Source of the DNA: Desulfotalea psychrophila LSv54
GTDB taxonomy: Bacteria; Desulfobacterota; Desulfobulbia; Desulfobulbales; Desulfocapsaceae
Length of the DNA stretch: 32,000 nucleotides
NCBI RefSeq assembly: GCF_000025945.1
Contig: NC_006138.1
Coordinates: forward strand, 2,460,001-2,492,000
Direction of reading: 5' to 3'
The position numbers were made by a program, and so were the translations under genes. Below, piece by piece: positions 18,120 through 22,691 of this stretch. Position 1 is the stretch's first letter. Each line of letters opens with the position of its first letter. Below the pieces are notes generated by a model that saw only the letters and a list, made by a program, of their open reading frames with translations, was not told where the DNA came from and searched no databases.

Positions 18120-18969
18120 GATAGAAATGTTTCGGGACTCCGTTATACAGCATGGACCGGAGAATGATCGCGTGTACGTTATGAAGACGACACGAACCGA
18201 CTGCCAGGATGTTATTCACTATGCCCTCAAGCTGGCCGACTCTAATGGCTACTCTAAAATTTTTGCAAAGTTCCCGGAGAGCTGCAAACAGTTCTTTGAG
18301 CAAAACATGTTCATTGAGGAAGCCAAAGTACCAGGACTCTTCAATGGAGAGGAGTGTGGCTACTTCTCTGGCAGATACATTGATTTGGCACGCAAGCTTG
18401 AAACCAGGCCTGAACTGATTGAGCAAGTAATTGAGGCCGCCCATAGCAAATACTCCGATGGGGTGGAGTCACACATGCTCTCCCCTGGACTTACATGCCG
18501 GATCATGAACAGAAACGACATTAATACAATGGCGTTTCTGTTCAAACAGGTTTTCCCTACCTATCCATTCCCAATTCATGATCCGGATTACCTGGCAACG
18601 ACCATGGAACAAAATGTCATCTATCACGGCATTTTCAAGGGAACAGAACTCATTGCCCAGTCGTCTGCTGAAATCGATTTCAACGCCCGCAATGTTGAAA
18701 TGACCGATTTTGCCACACACCTAAACAGCCGTGGCAAGGGCCTTGCGACCTACCTATTGGCAGTAATGGAAGACGACGTCATGAAAAGAGGCGTGCAAAC
18801 CGCCTATACAATTGCCAGGGCATACTCCTTTGGAATGAACAGCACCTTTGCCAAGCGAGGTTATCAATATGCAGGTACACTCACCAATAACACCCAAATC
18901 TCAGGGCAACTTGAGAGCATGAATGTTTGGTACAAACAAATTCATGGTTATATGGAGGGCAGGGCATAA
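18085..18969 (+). CDS. ablB: Beta-lysine N6-acetyltransferase (GNAT)
   Basis: Lies immediately downstream of, and overlapping, ablA. GNAT core ([10 protein letters not shown]...) and an N-terminal [17 protein letters not shown] pattern as in AblB. The start is uncertain: ATG 18085, GTG 18109 or ATG 18127, all in frame. Confidence 0.7.
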   Translation: MNVWSGETVSDKIEMFRDSVIQHGPENDRVYVMKTTRTDCQDVIHYALKLADSNGYSKIFAKFPESCKQFFEQNMFIEEAKVPGLFNGEECGYFSGRYIDLARKLETRPELIEQVIEAAHSKYSDGVESHMLSPGLTCRIMNRNDINTMAFLFKQVFPTYPFPIHDPDYLATTMEQNVIYHGIFKGTELIAQSSAEIDFNARNVEMTDFATHLNSRGKGLATYLLAVMEDDVMKRGVQTAYTIARAYSFGMNSTFAKRGYQYAGTLTNNTQISGQLESMNVWYKQIHGYMEGRA

Positions 18970-19046
18970 TTCCCTTTAACACTTGCAGTAAAATTATAAA
19001 GATTGATACCGTGGAAATGGCCGGGACATCAAAAAAGTGAATATTT

Positions 19047-19313
19047 GTGAAGAGTAGAACAGCTGGCAGGGGCAAAACAGACTCCTTCTCAATACAGCCT
19101 TTGTCCTTCTCTGTGCGGGCATCCTGAGAGCACCGGAGAAGAGCTCCCCTGCCCATGGACAGCGATCACAAACGCTTCTACAGCATGGAAAAGAAGGAGG
19201 CCGAGCAGCACTGTATGTCGTGCCATGGACCTGCCAAGGAAAGCCCCCTCCCCGCCGAACATCCGTCAAAGTTTCGTTGCCTCTTCTGCCACACTCGGCC
19301 GGTGGAGAAATAG
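19047..19313 (+). pseudogene. Dihaem cytochrome c paralog, N-terminal anchor destroyed (GTG start, 12-nt shorter, in-frame TGA)
   Basis: The last 53 codons (19155-19313) align without gaps to 1784-1942 with 18 nt differences; both CxxCH motifs are kept. Upstream, the membrane-anchor region is scrambled and contains a TGA. Confidence 0.65.
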
Positions 19314-19323
19314 CTATGACGAT

Positions 19324-19362
19324 AGCTGTCAGTTATCAGCTGTCAGCTGTCAGCTGTCAGCT
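19324..19362. repeat. Heptanucleotide tandem repeat (AGCTGTC)n, about 5.5 units
   Basis: agctgtc agttatc agctgtc agctgtc agctgtc agcta. Related heptamers (cagctat, cagctac) occur at 1951-1972 and 21901-21914. Confidence 0.8.
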
Positions 19363-19805
19363 AAAAGAAGAAAAAGAAAACAGCAGTTAACCACAGAGGG
19401 CACAGAGAACACAGAGGAAATTAATTAAAAAGCACAGAAAAACAGGACTTGCTGGAGATTATAGCTTAATCGCGGAATGGCGAGTTCAAAAGAAAAGCAG
19501 TTAACCACTGCTTAGAGGACACAGAGGGGGAAATATTTAAACTGCTCAAATGGAGAAAAGAGCATAACTGAGCTGTAGTAGCCCTTGCTGATCAACTCGA
19601 TTTATCCCCTCTTACAAAAGATCCATGCCCTTCACTGCCTTTTCTTACATCCCCGTTTCACTGCTCCCCTGCCTACGGTAACTTCAAATTATGCTATTGC
19701 AGTTCCTGACAGTTCATAACTAATAACTCGCCCATTCCGCTACGCGTCACTGCTAAAACTGATAGCTTGCCATTCAGCTAACATTTCACTCCTACAGCTG
19801 ACACC

Positions 19806-20096
19806 TTTTTTCAACGTGTTGCTTGAGAGCGTTTTTAACTTTTTAGGAATAGGGATGGTGTTGAGTGCTTGTTTCTGGGTACATCAGAGACCTTCCTCTT
19901 TGATGCTAGGTAACAGAGGAATCCTTGTACCTCTTTTGTGCCCATATTCTTTGGGGTGGTCTGCATACTTGTAGTGCTGTAAATATCTGATGACCCAAGA
20001 GTAGTAGCTTCTCTCTGTGGTGAATGAGTAGTAGTGAAAGCGCAAAATCTCCTGCACCTGTCCCACAAGTTTTAAGTTAGGATTAGGGGGAATCAA
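19806..20096 (-). pseudogene. Integron-integrase-like tyrosine recombinase, N-terminal fragment (frameshifts, internal deletion, same distal truncation as copy 1)
   Basis: LVGQVQEILRFHYYSFTTERSYYSWVIRYLQHYKYADHPK / MGTKEVQGFLCYLASKRKVS / TQKQALN parallels IntI1 [29 protein letters not shown]...HP..[31 protein letters not shown] (from memory). TTG start. The fragment joins directly to the IPxPxKVK...KQHVEK tail. Confidence 0.65.
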
Positions 20097-20232
20097 GCTT
20101 GCTTTTCATCTTTGCCTCCTCTATATTCAGATCTGCAGAAAAAAAGAGGTACTATAAAAGTAATATGCCGAAATTTTTCTACTTATCAACACTGTTAGCT
20201 TGATTTTCATACTATTGGTTACTTTATAAATT

Positions 20233-21009
20233 ATGCAAAAAAATAAAACATATAGAAATGTTAGATTTAGAACAGATGCGCTGAAAGAGGCTTATAAGAA
20301 GCTTTCGGAATTTGCCGTGCAAAATGAGCTAGAAATAGATTGCGTAATATTATCAGTTGAGCATGATGACTCTGAATGGCACTATGATACTCAAGACGAA
20401 TTCTTTTCAGATTATAGAAAGTATCAAAACTCTGCATCTTTTCGACATTGGTGTAATAAGTTGTCCGTTCATGTAAATGTTTCTCCAACTTATACAGTAA
20501 TCGAAGTCAGTAGTAGTGATAGGGCTTTTATATATAGTATTTTTGAAATATTTGAAAAATACGCCACAGAAGATTATGTTACGCCTTCTCCTGAACTTGA
20601 AGAAAATCTGACAGTTTTTATCGGTCATGGTGGATCAAGCCAATGGCGGGATTTAAAAGATCATCTCCAAGATAAGCACAATATAAAGATTGAAGCATAC
20701 GAAACTGGTGCTAGGGCTGGTCACACGATCAGAGACATTCTTGAAGATATGGTTAATAACAGTACATTTGCTTTGTTGGTAATGACAGCCGAAGATGAAC
20801 AAGACACAGGCCAATTGAGAGCAAGGCAAAATGTAATCCATGAAATCGGTTTGTTTCAAGGGAGGTTAGGGTTTAATCGGGCTATTGTTTTAATGGAAAA
20901 TTCAACCGAAGAATTTTCTAATATTGCAGGTGTCCAACAAATTCGATATAGCAACATTACTGAAACTTTTGGTGAAGTACTCGCAACCATCAAGCGTGAG
21001 TTTAATTAA
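20233..21009 (+). CDS. TIR-like domain protein (CAP12/Pycsar-effector type, PF10137-like) with unrecognised 125-aa N-terminal domain
   Basis: Residues 127-245: TVFIGHGGSSQW...IKIEAYE...TIRDILEDMVNNSTFALLVMTAEDE...RARQNVIHEIGLFQGRLGFNRAIVLMEN..EEFSNIAGVQQIRY. This matches the hFIxHG / TxDD / RxRxNVxxExGxFxGxLG / SDxxG pattern of that family (from memory). Very AT-rich. ATG start with a weak RBS. Confidence 0.75.
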   Translation: MQKNKTYRNVRFRTDALKEAYKKLSEFAVQNELEIDCVILSVEHDDSEWHYDTQDEFFSDYRKYQNSASFRHWCNKLSVHVNVSPTYTVIEVSSSDRAFIYSIFEIFEKYATEDYVTPSPELEENLTVFIGHGGSSQWRDLKDHLQDKHNIKIEAYETGARAGHTIRDILEDMVNNSTFALLVMTAEDEQDTGQLRARQNVIHEIGLFQGRLGFNRAIVLMENSTEEFSNIAGVQQIRYSNITETFGEVLATIKREFN

Positions 21010-21107
21010 GTTAACAAGGCAATTAAACGGAAAATTTACAGTTGGCTGTTTTTCGTTCCTCAAACATTATAGCCAACTATAATTTTCCGCTTAGTGCGGC
21101 GTTATAT
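21010..21107 (+). other. attC-like imperfect palindrome directly after the TIR-like ORF
   Basis: GTTAAC core at 21010-21015. Left arm cggaaaatttacagttggct (21028-47) and right arm agccaactataattttccg (21071-89) pair with one bulged base plus one mismatch. 23-nt loop. GTTATAT at 21101-07. Length 98 nt, within the attC size range. No U-tract. Confidence 0.4.
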
Positions 21108-21142
21108 TCAAAAACAATAGGCCTCTGTGGATAAAGAACTTC

Positions 21143-21892
21143 ATGGTGTTTTTGTTGTTGTTGGATGATCACCGCCTGGCCTGGAAACTCCGACAGTACT
21201 GTCCCCTGAAAATGCAACGGTTTCAGGTCGACAATCCCCAAAAAGCAGGCACCTCTCTGGGCCATTATAGTGATATGAGCGAATTGGATGAGTATATCCG
21301 AGAGGCCCTACCTCCCAAGGAGCTGCGCTGTGCAGAAGATGGCCATAATAGAGAGGCCCATAAAATCAACAATGACTACCAGCATCGCCAAGATGTGCGA
21401 GAACGAGGCTCGGAAAAGATCTTTAAAAAATATGAGGCCACAGGAAAGTTAGATAAATACGAGACAATTTGTGACGACGACCTTCTCCTCTTAGAGCTGA
21501 TCCAAGACTCTCTCATCCAAAAGATATGTGATAAAGAGATCATCATCGAAACCAATCCCACCTCCAATGTCTATATCTCATTTTTGGGTGATCATGCCGA
21601 GCATCCCATATTCCGCTGGCATCCTATTAACAGGGAAGACTTGAATACAGGTGCTCGCTTCAACCCCCATGGCCTGCGAACCAGCAAGGCCAAGGTCTGT
21701 ATAAACACCGATGATCCGGCCATCTTTGTCACCAGTCTGCCCAATGAGTATGATCTTCTTAAGAATGCCGCACTTTCGAAGCATTCTCATAATCAGGAAG
21801 AGGTTGAGGTGTGGTTGGAGGGGATTCGTAAGACAGGCCTCGATATCTTTGACTACGACCATCTGGAGCATGAGTATAGTAAGATTCAATGA
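21143..21892 (+). CDS. Adenosine/AMP-deaminase-superfamily protein, C-terminal portion only (probable 5'-truncated remnant)
   Basis: IIIETNPTSN (res 133-142) and KVCINTDDPAIF (res 184-195) are the beta7/beta8 motifs of the ADA amidohydrolase fold. No HxH or HAGE motifs are present. The frame opens only at 21095, inside the palindrome flank. Confidence 0.55.
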   Translation: MVFLLLLDDHRLAWKLRQYCPLKMQRFQVDNPQKAGTSLGHYSDMSELDEYIREALPPKELRCAEDGHNREAHKINNDYQHRQDVRERGSEKIFKKYEATGKLDKYETICDDDLLLLELIQDSLIQKICDKEIIIETNPTSNVYISFLGDHAEHPIFRWHPINREDLNTGARFNPHGLRTSKAKVCINTDDPAIFVTSLPNEYDLLKNAALSKHSHNQEEVEVWLEGIRKTGLDIFDYDHLEHEYSKIQ

Positions 21893-22010
21893 GTTACTGA
21901 CAGCTACCAGCTATAGCAGTGGAGCGTAGCGAAATGGCGAGCTATCAGCTAAAAGCTGTCAGTAGCAGCAAAGCGTAGCGAAGTGGCGAAAAACAAAAGT
22001 ACCAGAGCAG
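21893..22010. repeat. Heptamer-rich segment with two more copies of the GCAGYRRAGCGTAGCGAARTGGCGA arm
   Basis: 21916-21941 gcagtggagcgtagcgaaatggcgag and 21965-21989 gcagcaaagcgtagcgaagtggcga. A 9-bp inverted repeat ctgacagct/agctgtcag lies at 21897-21905 / 21954-21962. Confidence 0.7.
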
Positions 22011-22085
22011 GCACCTGCAAAGCCTGACCTGGAGACAAAATGCTCCTTACAGGTCTCTGCAAAGGCTCTCTCAGCAATAAAGTAG

Positions 22086-22305
22086 CCCTTGCGGGTTCAC
22101 GCAAGGGCTGTCGGAGCAATAAAATGGTCTTTGCGGGTTCATGCAAGGGCTGTCGGAGCAATAAAACGGCCTTTGCAGGTTCATGCAAGGGCTGTCCGCT
22201 TAATAAGTTAGCCTTTGCGGGTTTGCGCAAGGGTGTTTTATTAGTTTTGCGGATCTCTGCAAGGTGTTTTATTAGTTTAGGGCTTTGCGGGCTTCTGCAA
22301 GAGGG
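22086..22305. repeat. Array of six 16-bp palindromes TTGC-N8-GCAA; the first three units are exact 42-nt tandem repeats
   Basis: TTGC starts at 22089, 22131, 22173, 22215 (spacing 42, 42, 42), then 22247 and 22285. Units 1-3 carry GCAATAAAA tails and units 4-5 carry the reverse complement TTTTATTAG, so the array has overall dyad symmetry. Half-sites in inverse orientation occur at 22013-22022 and 22057-22066. Confidence 0.85.
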
Positions 22306-22351
22306 GGATCGCACGGAGCTGAGCACCGGAGAAGTTGGCGAAAACCGAAAA

Positions 22352-22633
22352 GAAGTTAACCACAGAGAGCACTGAGAACACAGAGGGAAGAATATTTAAA
22401 CTGCTAAAAAACTACAGGAAAGATAAGGTCATAGGTGTTTCAACAATAGAGTCTTTGCGGGCGAGACAGGCGGCCCAGGATAAAGCCGAGTGTTACGAGT
22501 GGGCAGGACGGATTTACCGAGTAGCTTTAGAAATTAAGCACAGAGGACACTGAGAGAAAAGCATAGTTGATCTGTTCCAGCCCCTACGAAGTAATCCTTT
22601 TTTTTCATCCTACAAAACTCTGTGTTCTCTGTG
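22352..22633. repeat. Dispersed purine-rich ACAGAG modules shared with 19384-19550
   Basis: gaagttaaccacagagagcactgagaacacagagggaagaatatttaaactgctaaaaa (22352-22410) resembles gcagttaaccac...agaggacacagagggggaaatatttaaactgctcaaa (19497-19550) and 19384-19417. Further copies lie at 22537-22565 and, inverted, at 22609-22633. Confidence 0.75.
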
Positions 22634-22647
22634 TTCTCTGTGGTAAA

Positions 22648-22672
22648 TGTTTTTTAGCCTGCCGGGACAGAG
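22648..22672. terminator. Hairpin downstream of pepN
   Basis: cctgccggga-cagag-tcccggcagg, a 10-bp GC-rich stem 20 nt after the pepN stop. The U-tract is poor on the minus strand. Confidence 0.4.
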
Positions 22673-22691
22673 TCCCGGCAGGTTAATACTT

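Larger units (their letters stand above)
18985..19858. repeat. Copy 2 of the duplicated module, expanded by about 440 nt of short repeats
   Basis: Begins 16 nt after the ablB stop with the last ~55 nt of the GGR gene (gcagtaaaattataaagattgatac...gtga). It continues through the cytochrome paralog, palindrome arms and the integrase truncation point. Confidence 0.85.

Noticed and set aside
19047-19154. In-frame TGA in the second cytochrome copy as a selenocysteine codon
   Set aside because: The TGA lies in a region whose counterpart in copy 1 is a plain membrane anchor with no Cys at that position. The region is 12 nt shorter and scrambled, the start is GTG, and no SECIS-like hairpin follows. 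A nonsense mutation in a pseudogene is the simpler explanation.
1784-19313. The two cytochrome copies as a diversity-generating retroelement template/variable repeat pair
   Set aside because: There is no reverse transcriptase in the window. The 18 substitutions are mostly synonymous transitions at third positions rather than adenine-specific changes.
21028-21089. The 19-bp hairpin after the TIR-like gene as a simple rho-independent terminator
   Set aside because: It has a 23-nt loop and no U-tract on either strand. The bulged base and flanking TAAC/GTTA cores fit an attC-like site better, although a terminator-like effect on transcription cannot be excluded.
22086-22305. CRISPR array
   Set aside because: The repeat units abut one another with no unique spacers. 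The period is 42 nt in total, no cas genes are present, and the units invert halfway through the array.
21949-22375. ORFs 21949-22326 (-) and 22040-22375 (+), 125 and 111 aa, as proline/leucine- or cysteine/lysine-rich repeat proteins
   Set aside because: Both are generated by the 42-nt tandem palindromic repeats. They are open on both strands simultaneously, have no RBS, and have periodic low-complexity sequence. I treat this region as non-coding repeat DNA.
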